Shown: in pieces, positions 1 to 6,693 of the stretch | Layout: every line of letters starts with the position of its first letter | How positions within the stretch are numbered: the stretch's first letter is position 1 | Origin: Promethearchaeota archaeon | Lineage (GTDB): Archaea > Asgardarchaeota > Lokiarchaeia > Sigyniarchaeales > SOKP01 | DNA: 10,579 nucleotides | Direction: 5' to 3' | Assembly (NCBI GenBank): GCA_011364925.1 | Contig: RDOA01000075.1 | Span: forward strand, 1 to 10,579 | Notes under the pieces: generated by a model | The model's input: only the letters and a program-made list of their open reading frames with translations | The model's database searches: none | Told to the model about the DNA's origin: nothing | Translations under genes and position numbers: made by a program

Positions 1-2
1 AA

Positions 3-911
3 GGTGATAAGGTCAAGAAAAAGCCTGCACCGAAGCGAGAGCCCGCACCTGGGGGAGATTCAGGTCCTGAAATACCAATTACTCCAAATTATAAGCCGTT
101 TGAACCATATGAAAAAGACTACGGTGAATATGGTCCTGAGTATTGGGATAACAAATGGGAAACAGCACCAATCATATATACAGGACGAGCCTTAAGAGGA
201 GAATCCTACAATAAACAAATTGATGTCGATGTGAAAGCTTTTATAAAGGAAAACGACGCAATATTATGGCATGTGTTGACTCAACTTAATTTAAGGAAAG
301 ACACACCTAACGAAACAGCTTTAGCCGTTCAAAACTTTGTATGCAATTTTCTTCAGTATACATACGATGACATAGCTTCAGAATGCCCTGAATTTTGGCT
401 CTTTCCATTCGAAGCAATTCAATCTGAAATTGGAGATTGCGAAGACGGAGCCATTTTGATTGCAAGTTTGTTGATTAATGCGGGAATACCTCCATGGAGG
501 GTTAAAGTTTGTGCTGCTCAAGTTATGGCAGATCCAATCGTTGCTCCATCAGATACAGAACTAGGAGGGCATGCGTACTGTATTTATCTAGCAGATCGCC
601 CGGAATCAGAACGTAAACTAGAATGGGTGATTCTAGATTGGTGTTATCTGCAGGATCCTGAAGTAGCGGTAGAAGATAAACCATTGGCACGAGATGGGGG
701 AACAGAAGGAGCGTATAGGGATATATGGTTTACTTTCAATAATGAAAATTCTTGGGCGCAGAGCAGTATTGAAGTCAAGGAAAGAAGAATCAGTAAAAAT
801 CGAACAACCAAGCAAGAAGACGTACTTGCTCCTTTGGAAGATATACTAAAAAGCTTAGCAAGCGACACAATAGAGAAACTGTTTGAGAAACTAAATATCG
901 ATATAGAATAA
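3..911 (+). CDS. Transglutaminase-like (Cys-His-Asp) cysteine protease domain protein, 5'-truncated by the window edge
   Basis: My translation shows the frame of ORF 231..911 is open back to position 3 (GDKVKKKPAPKREPAPGGDSGPEIPITPNYKPFEPYEKDYGEYGPEYWDNKWETAPIIY...), so GTG231 is internal. Motifs FWLFPFE..GDCEDGAILIASLL (Cys), GGHAY (His) and WVILDW (Asp) give a transglutaminase-like triad. Confidence 0.85.
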   Translation, partial: GDKVKKKPAPKREPAPGGDSGPEIPITPNYKPFEPYEKDYGEYGPEYWDNKWETAPIIYTGRALRGESYNKQIDVDVKAFIKENDAILWHVLTQLNLRKDTPNETALAVQNFVCNFLQYTYDDIASECPEFWLFPFEAIQSEIGDCEDGAILIASLLINAGIPPWRVKVCAAQVMADPIVAPSDTELGGHAYCIYLADRPESERKLEWVILDWCYLQDPEVAVEDKPLARDGGTEGAYRDIWFTFNNENSWAQSSIEVKERRISKNRTTKQEDVLAPLEDILKSLASDTIEKLFEKLNIDIE

Positions 912-923
912 TAGTAGAAACTT

Positions 924-950
924 AAAAAAAAATTATTTTACTTTTTTAAT
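924..950. terminator. Candidate bidirectional archaeal oligo-T terminator between convergent genes
   Basis: A-tract at 924-932 (T-tract on minus) followed by TTATTTTACTTTTTT on plus, lying between convergent stops at 911 and 984. Confidence 0.4.
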
Positions 951-983
951 TACCTGTAATTTTATCGTATTCAAATGAAATAC

Positions 984-1625
984 TCATGTTTCATCACTAC
1001 TTTCCTTAATATCTGTTTGAACGAGCTGAACACCACAATAAGGACAATATATTACTTTTCTCCCAATTTCAGAACCACAATTAGCACATTTAGTTTTAAA
1101 TTTAAGAGTTGTAGGAATGCTATCTCTGATTCTTTCAAATGATGCGTTTAGTAATTCTTGAACCTCTGTGACTACTTCTTTTCTATTTTCTTCGGGATGG
1201 GATTTAATATATATTGACGAGAGTTCTACAACGAAGTTTTCTATCAGAATAAGTTGTTCTGAATAATTCTTGTTAACCTTCAATTTCAGCAACTCTTCTC
1301 CTGCTTTGGTTAGGGTATAGAGCTTTCTTAGAGGACCAATTGGACTTTTAACCATTCTAGATTTGAGAAATCCATTTTTTTCTAGTTTCGATAAAATTGG
1401 GTAAATTGTTCCTGATTTAGCTTCCCACGTTCCAGCAAAGTGGTTATTTAATGCTAGAATTAGATCATAACCGGATAAAGCTTGACTGTTGAAAATTACT
1501 TCAACGATTGTAAATTCCAAAGGAGTTAGTTTATTTTTGGTAATATTCGAAAAAATTTCTTGTTTTATTTGAGATCTTAGTTCTTCGATATCCTCTTCGA
1601 GATCTAAGAATTTGCCTAACCACAT
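984..1625 (-). CDS. PadR-family winged-helix transcriptional regulator with C-terminal zinc ribbon
   Basis: PadR motifs SGYDL..., SGTIYPILSKLEKNGFL and RKLYTLTKAGEELL. C-terminal CANC-x10-CPYC. ATG lies 2 nt after the upstream stop, with AGGAG upstream. Confidence 0.9.
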   Translation of the reverse strand: MWLGKFLDLEEDIEELRSQIKQEIFSNITKNKLTPLEFTIVEVIFNSQALSGYDLILALNNHFAGTWEAKSGTIYPILSKLEKNGFLKSRMVKSPIGPLRKLYTLTKAGEELLKLKVNKNYSEQLILIENFVVELSSIYIKSHPEENRKEVVTEVQELLNASFERIRDSIPTTLKFKTKCANCGSEIGRKVIYCPYCGVQLVQTDIKESSDET

Positions 1626-1627
1626 TA

Positions 1628-2161
1628 TTAATCTACTCCTAAAAGATTATTACGTTTTAATCTTTTTTGCATTTTTTCCATTTCTTTCTCAATTGCTCGT
1701 TCTCTCCTTGACTTTAATCCATCCTGATCTTCAGTGGCACCTCGATGAAACACTAAATATACGACTATATGAATTACCAATCCAGCGCCCCAAAAAATAG
1801 CAGGATATAGCATCCAGAGTAAATGGATATTAGTTGCAAAATTGATTAGATACAATAATAATATTACGAATACATATGCAACAAGATGGAAAATTACCGC
1901 TCTTTTAGCCATTGGATATACTCCACGTGCGTAAACCATGTAGGCTGTAAGATGTTCAGCGATACCAATAAGCCATCCAAAAATAGGATAGAAAAACCAA
2001 ATAATCTCGCGAGAAAAGTACCAGTTTATAAGTACTAGTAATATTGAAATAACTATGAATATTCCAATGTGAATTTTCACAGACATTCTAAAATTAACTT
2101 TTTTACGAGCTATTAAGCGGAGATCGTCTTCTGAAAACCCATTATACCTTTTTACGCTCAA
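1628..2161 (-). CDS. Membrane protein with two tandem 2TM-type domains (about 4 TM helices)
   Basis: Two internal repeats: HIGIFIVISILLVLINWYFSREIIWFFYPIFGWLIGIAEH and HLVAYVFVILLLYLINFATNIHLLWMLYPAIFWGAGLVIH (H..IN..W..YP...W.G...H), typical of the 2TM domain. Charged C-terminal helix ERAIEKEMEKM. TTG start preceded by AGGAGA. Confidence 0.85.
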   Translation of the reverse strand: MSVKRYNGFSEDDLRLIARKKVNFRMSVKIHIGIFIVISILLVLINWYFSREIIWFFYPIFGWLIGIAEHLTAYMVYARGVYPMAKRAVIFHLVAYVFVILLLYLINFATNIHLLWMLYPAIFWGAGLVIHIVVYLVFHRGATEDQDGLKSRRERAIEKEMEKMQKRLKRNNLLGVD

Positions 2162-2239
2162 TTTTATCTCCTAATACTTTAGATTTTATGTTACTATTGA
2201 TTTAAACAAAATTTTCTACTAGAAGAGTAGGATTGATAG

Positions 2240-2285
2240 TATTTAAACTTGTTGAATCTACATAGTTGATGTTGAAACTACATAG
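2240..2285. promoter_or_regulatory. Minus-strand TATA box plus tandem 16-bp direct repeat, a putative PadR operator
   Basis: TGTTGAATCTACATAG (2250-2265) and TGTTGAAACTACATAG (2270-2285): 15/16 identical, 20-bp period, each an imperfect palindrome (ATGTTG-AAA-CTACAT). They lie just upstream of TTTAAATA on minus (2247-2240). Confidence 0.6.
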
Positions 2286-2339
2286 ACAAAATTAAAGCTT
2301 ATCAAGATGATTAAAAGTATTAAACTGCGTAGAGTTAGG

Positions 2340-2370
2340 AAAAAGTTTTAATATCACAATTATTGTTATA
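2340..2370 (+). promoter_or_regulatory. Candidate BRE/TATA promoter of the PAP2 gene with an adjacent palindrome
   Basis: AAAAAG-TTTTAATA (2340-2353) followed by the imperfect palindrome TATCACAAT-T-ATTGTTATA (2352-2370). Confidence 0.45.
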
Positions 2371-2402
2371 GTCCCATCTATTGGTTTAATTGGTTTATCG
2401 CG

Positions 2403-3044
2403 TTGTTGTCTGGATATATCGAAAAATTGGAAAAGTGGGATCGAAAAACATTTCTTATCCTCTATGAAAGTGATTTTTCTCAGAGAACAAAATTATTTGC
2501 GAAAATATTTAGTTTTTTTGGAAGTTTTTATTTTTGGGGCCTTCTCTGGGTAACTTGGTTTATCTATGGATACCTTACAAAAGATTATTATTTACTGGTT
2601 TTATTTACAGGAGCGTTCGATCAATCTATAATTATCCACTTCATTATTCGATATGGAATTGTCAGGCGAAATCGTCCTTTCATAAAACTTAAGAAAGAGG
2701 GAGTAAAACAACACGATGGATTTATAAAAATTCCTTACTTAATGTCAGAATCTGAAGGGAAATCGTTCCCGAGTGGTCACGTAACGTTTTTTCTATTATT
2801 TGGGATGGTTTTTGCTTTTTATTTCAATAGTTGGCTTCTCTTTTTTATAATTGTAGGATTAGATGTAGTAATGGCATTTTCACGGCTAATCTTAGGAGTT
2901 CATTTCCCTAGCGATGTCATTTTTGGTTTTGCTTTTGCTTTTGCTTATGCATTTTTATATCTTGGATGGACATATGTTTATTGGGTTGGGTTCTACTACT
3001 GGATAGGTCCAATTTTCTCGAACATTTTCCATTTTTGGAGATAA
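2403..3044 (+). CDS. PAP2-family membrane phosphatase (lipid / polyprenyl-pyrophosphate phosphatase-like)
   Basis: Motif 1-like RYGIVRRNRP, motif 2 SFPSGH and motif 3 SRLILGVHFPSD, plus multiple TM segments. Start is TTG 2403 or 2406. Confidence 0.9.
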   Translation: MLSGYIEKLEKWDRKTFLILYESDFSQRTKLFAKIFSFFGSFYFWGLLWVTWFIYGYLTKDYYLLVLFTGAFDQSIIIHFIIRYGIVRRNRPFIKLKKEGVKQHDGFIKIPYLMSESEGKSFPSGHVTFFLLFGMVFAFYFNSWLLFFIIVGLDVVMAFSRLILGVHFPSDVIFGFAFAFAYAFLYLGWTYVYWVGFYYWIGPIFSNIFHFWR

Positions 3045-3114
3045 ATAGCTCATCATATTAATTTTAGAAATTTTAAAACAACGAATTTTAACTGATAAAA
3101 TAAGTTTACCGTGA

Positions 3115-3642
3115 TTAATACCAATCTATGAATTCATCTAGAGGTCTTCTTTTTCTTTCTTCTTTTTTTTCCAGAGACTCATCGATTATACCAACAGTGA
3201 TGACTCCCATCAGTTCATACTTATCTGGAGAAAATTTAAATATCTCGCATATTTTTTCCTTATTCTTTAAGATTTCTCCAATCCAGACTGCCCCTAATCC
3301 CTTCGCATGAACAGCCAATAGTATGTTTTGAATAAACGCTCCCATTGCTAGGATATCTTTTACGCGATCATATCCTCTGTCTAAATCTAAAAAGACAACG
3401 AGATTAAGGAAAGCACTTTCAATAATTCCCCCATACTCAGTATTTTCTGCTATCATCCTCTTGACCGTGGGATGAGAGACGATTTGAACTTTCCATGGCT
3501 GGTTATTTCTCCCAGAGGGAGCCCATCGCCCACAGTCAATAATTTCTTTTATTACTTGATTATCAATTTTTTTGTAAACGAAATTCCTGACAGATCTGCG
3601 AGATCTGATTAGATTTAGCAAATCATTTGTTTTTGATTCCAT
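3115..3642 (-). CDS. Nitroreductase-family FMN-dependent oxidoreductase
   Basis: Motifs IRSRRSVRNF, RWAPSGRNNQPW and QNILLAVHAKGLGAVWIG. Confidence 0.92.
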   Translation of the reverse strand: MESKTNDLLNLIRSRRSVRNFVYKKIDNQVIKEIIDCGRWAPSGRNNQPWKVQIVSHPTVKRMIAENTEYGGIIESAFLNLVVFLDLDRGYDRVKDILAMGAFIQNILLAVHAKGLGAVWIGEILKNKEKICEIFKFSPDKYELMGVITVGIIDESLEKKEERKRRPLDEFIDWY

Positions 3643-3667
3643 ATTTTATAAATTGTGAAAGAAAGAG

Positions 3668-3680
3668 ATTTATACTTTTG
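3668..3680 (-). promoter_or_regulatory. BRE/TATA promoter for a probably leaderless nitroreductase transcript
   Basis: Minus strand reads CAAAAG-TATAAAT, ending 26 nt upstream of ATG 3642, with no SD-like sequence. Confidence 0.5.
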
Positions 3681-3713
3681 CATAAAGAAAGGGTAGAAGG
3701 CTTAATATAACAT

Positions 3714-3733
3714 AAAAATAAAGAAAGGAAAAG
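3714..3733 (-). terminator. Candidate U-rich terminator of the DUF35/thiolase-fold operon
   Basis: Minus strand reads TTTTCCTTTCTTTATTTTT shortly after the stop at 3750. Confidence 0.4.
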
Positions 3734-3749
3734 TTTATTCATTTTTTTT

Positions 3750-4277
3750 TCATTTTTTTGGATTCATGTCTTCAGCATCGTCTTCTAATACATCGTAGTA
3801 TTCAATATCCATTAATCCGCCAGTTCTGTCTTCAGCCCAATGGATCTTAACCGGCATACCTATATATGTGTCTTTAAAATCTACTTCAGGATTCAATTGT
3901 GCAATAATAGCTGTATCAGCCCCATCTTGATGAATTAAAACGGTTGGTTTTTCTTGTACTTCCCCCGTCTCTGGATCTTTCAGATATACAATCGCAAATG
4001 TAGCAACTCTACCAGTCTCCCTAAGGTCAACCCATTGATCTGGTTTTACGAGGCATTTTCCACATACTAATCGAGGTGGAAAAAATACACGATTGCACCC
4101 TGAGCATTGGTTCCCTACGATTTTTTTATCTTTCAACTTTTTAAGAAATTCATTGTTATGAGTAATGTTAAATTTGTACTGATAGCTCGCTAAATACCAG
4201 TTGCCTGGCATTGTTCGCGTTCTCACATAGTCTTTCTTAACATAATCGAGAGATTTTCTTTGAGTTAATTTTGACAT
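3750..4277 (-). CDS. DUF35-family Zn-ribbon/OB-fold protein (acyl-CoA binding / thiolase scaffold), copy B
   Basis: KKIVGNQCSGCNRVFFPPRLVCGKC zinc ribbon, then WVDL..TGRVATF and YIGMPVKIHW OB-fold motifs. GGAGGAGGT ribosome site upstream. Confidence 0.92.
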   Translation of the reverse strand: MSKLTQRKSLDYVKKDYVRTRTMPGNWYLASYQYKFNITHNNEFLKKLKDKKIVGNQCSGCNRVFFPPRLVCGKCLVKPDQWVDLRETGRVATFAIVYLKDPETGEVQEKPTVLIHQDGADTAIIAQLNPEVDFKDTYIGMPVKIHWAEDRTGGLMDIEYYDVLEDDAEDMNPKK

Positions 4278-4282
4278 TTACT

Positions 4283-5533
4283 TTACCTCCTCCATTTTCT
4301 TTGTGGTTCATCCGACATAACCATTAGTGTACATAAGTTTAAAGAACCACCCCAACCATGTCCTATTGAAGTGTGTACCGTTTTCGGGACTTGATTGTCA
4401 GCCTTGCCCATTATCTGGAGCGCCGCTTCTGCAGGTCTCTCCATTGCTGAAGCACCAATGGCGTTTGTCGAATTGACTCCTCCAGAGCAATTAATCGGTA
4501 ATTCTCCTTTTAAAGAAGTAACACCAGTTTCATACATCTTAGGAGCGGTGGTTTCTTCAAATAAACCTAATTTTTCCACCCACATAAGTTCTTGATTTGG
4601 GAACGGAGAGTAAACCTCGGCATAATCAATTTCTTTTCTAGGAAATGAAATACCCGCTTGATAATAGGCTAGTTCGGAGGATTTCATTGCACCTAATTGT
4701 TCCGATGGATCAATCTGACCTGTTCCACTTCCATCGTATCCGAGAACCGCTGATTCATTTGCTACGCTCGCTACTCCATTTACATAAACTGGAATATCAC
4801 ACATATCTTTTGCTTTTTCTTCTATTGTAAACAGCATTGCACAAGCCCCATCTGAAGCGGGACAGACCATACCATATCTTAAGGGGTAAGAGATGTATGG
4901 TGTGTCGAGAACCTCTTCGACGGTTATATCAGGCATTTTTAAGTGTGACCACCAAGTCTTCGCAGCATTATGCCTATTTTGGACAACAACCCTCGCTAAA
5001 TCTTCTTCAGTAATATGAGTTTTACTCATATAATTTGTTGCTTGGTAAGCCGCTACGCCTATTGCAGCTCCTGCTGATAAAAGACGTGATAACTGGTCGT
5101 AAGGAATTCCCATTGTATTTAGCACAGAGATTTCACCATACGCAACGCTTCCAAGACCAACGCTGGTATCGCCTTGAGATTGTTGTTCAAAAGCAACTGC
5201 TAATACTGTGTCAATCTTTGGTAAACCAGCAGCAACGGTGTAATATCCTGAGATTGCTACTGTCCCCCCCGTCGTGCCTCCCGTTGTAACTCTTAATAAT
5301 GGTTTGTTTCTTGCCCCCATCCAATCTGTCATCCATAATTCTGGTAGATTTACTCCTTCAAACGCCGGCATATTGCCATTAACATAGGCATCAATATCAT
5401 TAAAGTCAACTCCAGGTGCGTTTTTTAAGCAGTCTGAAACTGCCTCACTTACTAGTTCTGCCATATTAACATCAGATCGTTTTGATGCATGCTCACTAAA
5501 GCCAGCAGATACTATAGCTACTTGTCTTCCCAT
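4283..5533 (-). CDS. SCP2-type thiolase-fold protein lacking the catalytic Cys, Ltp3-like (putative aldolase subunit)
   Basis: Thiolase fold (VAIVSAG, CPASDGACAMLF, ELPINCSGG). The nucleophile loop reads TTGGTTG instead of CxS, the HDxF position reads EVYSPF, and the GHP position reads STNAIGAS. GGAGGT SD upstream. The Ltp3 resemblance is from recalled motifs, not a search. Confidence 0.85.
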   Translation of the reverse strand: MGRQVAIVSAGFSEHASKRSDVNMAELVSEAVSDCLKNAPGVDFNDIDAYVNGNMPAFEGVNLPELWMTDWMGARNKPLLRVTTGGTTGGTVAISGYYTVAAGLPKIDTVLAVAFEQQSQGDTSVGLGSVAYGEISVLNTMGIPYDQLSRLLSAGAAIGVAAYQATNYMSKTHITEEDLARVVVQNRHNAAKTWWSHLKMPDITVEEVLDTPYISYPLRYGMVCPASDGACAMLFTIEEKAKDMCDIPVYVNGVASVANESAVLGYDGSGTGQIDPSEQLGAMKSSELAYYQAGISFPRKEIDYAEVYSPFPNQELMWVEKLGLFEETTAPKMYETGVTSLKGELPINCSGGVNSTNAIGASAMERPAEAALQIMGKADNQVPKTVHTSIGHGWGGSLNLCTLMVMSDEPQRKWRR

Positions 5534-5535
5534 TT

Positions 5536-6678
5536 TTAATTACCTCCCTCCAATACGAATACTATATTATTTTGAGCACACATACCTATTTGTCCAGAAG
5601 CAACTGCCTTTTTTGCATTATTAACTTGATAACCGTGTGCTTCTCCTCTTAGTTGTTTAGCAGCTTCTATTATTCTAATCAAGCCAGTCGCACAAGGAGG
5701 ATTTCCACTAATAGCTCCGCCTGAAGGATTAATAGAGAGTTCACCGTTAATATCGGAATTAATTGTTGCTCCTTTCCCTTTATCCGCAAATCCTAAGGCT
5801 TCTGATAAAATTAATTCTTCATGGGCATTCGATTCGAATAGTTCTGCTACATCTATTTCTTTCTGTGGATTCTTAATCCCAGCACTTTCAAATGCTATTT
5901 TCCCTGCCATTTCCATCGACTTACTCTCGTATAAATTACGATCTCCAAGGTAATAAGCATCTTGAGAATACCCTACACCAGTAATCCACACGGGGTTATC
6001 TGTTATTTTCAAGGCTTGCCTTTCGGGTGCAAGTAATAACGCCGCAACACCGTCACAGGGTTGTGCAACCATTAATTCAGTTACAGGATCAGCATAAATG
6101 TCAGAATTCAATACATCCTCAATAGTAATATTTGAGTTTTGAGCTTCTGCTACTGCTAGAGGATTCTTGGCAGCATTTTTATGGTTTTTTACCGCAACTT
6201 TGGCAATATCTTCAGCACTGGCACCATATTTTTCCATATACGATCTCATTTGAAAACCCGCTGAAGTGATATCGTTTACATATGCTAATTGCCTTTCCCA
6301 TGTGGGATCAGTTTCATATAACCGAGTGGAATGATAAGGAAAGCAGGAAGGCATACTACCGCCCCAAATTACCGCTAATTTATGGTTCCCCGATAAAATT
6401 CTCATTAATCCATACAATACAGCGTGCGCGCCATCCATCTCTACTTTACTCTCGTCCGCCATATATCCTCCACCAACTTCAACTGTAAAGCAATTCGATA
6501 TTGTACGTCCATCGTAATAGTCGTTTGTGCACGAAATTACCGTAGAAATATCTTTTTTCTTTAATCCTGCCATGTCTATAGCACCTCTGACGGCTTCGAA
6601 TATCATTTCATAGCGTCCATAATTTGCGTCTGAATACATCTTTACTTGATAATACCCAACAATTCCAACTTTTTCCAT
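5536..6678 (-). CDS. SCP2-type thiolase-fold protein lacking the catalytic Cys, Ltp4-like
   Basis: Thiolase fold (VGIVGY, QPCDGVAALLLA, INPSGG). The nucleophile loop reads ESKVEMDGAHA, the HDxF position reads ELFESN, and the GHP position reads GNPPCATG. ATG 6678 is preferred over GTG 6690 because GAGGTG (6695-6690) lies 11 nt upstream of it. Confidence 0.85.
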   Translation of the reverse strand: MEKVGIVGYYQVKMYSDANYGRYEMIFEAVRGAIDMAGLKKKDISTVISCTNDYYDGRTISNCFTVEVGGGYMADESKVEMDGAHAVLYGLMRILSGNHKLAVIWGGSMPSCFPYHSTRLYETDPTWERQLAYVNDITSAGFQMRSYMEKYGASAEDIAKVAVKNHKNAAKNPLAVAEAQNSNITIEDVLNSDIYADPVTELMVAQPCDGVAALLLAPERQALKITDNPVWITGVGYSQDAYYLGDRNLYESKSMEMAGKIAFESAGIKNPQKEIDVAELFESNAHEELILSEALGFADKGKGATINSDINGELSINPSGGAISGNPPCATGLIRIIEAAKQLRGEAHGYQVNNAKKAVASGQIGMCAQNNIVFVLEGGN

Positions 6679-6693
6679 TTTGGATATCACACC

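Noticed and set aside
4-195. 63-aa plus-strand ORF
   Set aside because: It overlaps, out of frame, the open upstream extension of the transglutaminase-like gene.
231-233. GTG start proposed by the ORF track
   Set aside because: The frame is open to the window edge with protein-like sequence, so this is probably an internal Val.
633-868. Two minus-strand ORFs (633..815 and 644..868)
   Set aside because: Antisense shadows of the transglutaminase-like CDS with no motifs.
1612-1800. 62-aa plus-strand ORF
   Set aside because: Antisense to the 2TM and padR genes.
2250-2285. Direct repeat as a mini-CRISPR or transposon end
   Set aside because: Only two 16-bp units with a 4-bp spacer, and no cas or transposase genes. 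An operator fits better.
2928-2951. (TTTGCT)x3 hexamer repeat in the PAP2 gene
   Set aside because: In-frame FAFAFAYA within a TM helix, too short and frame-preserving to suggest phase variation.
3128-3310. 60-aa plus-strand ORF
   Set aside because: Antisense to the nitroreductase.
3115-3642. Nitroreductase as a fifth gene of the DUF35 operon
   Set aside because: The 107-bp gap contains a U-rich terminator candidate and its own BRE/TATA. Co-transcription is unsupported, though not excluded.
4395-6488. Plus-strand ORFs 4395..4595, 4645..4830, 5035..5289 and 6282..6488
   Set aside because: Antisense shadows of the thiolase-fold genes.
4283-6690. Annotation as classical acetyl-CoA acetyltransferases, a mevalonate thiolase/HMGCS complex, or pseudogenes
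   Set aside because: The catalytic Cys and His are absent and there is no HMG-CoA synthase in the window. The ORFs are full length with strong SDs, so they are not decayed.
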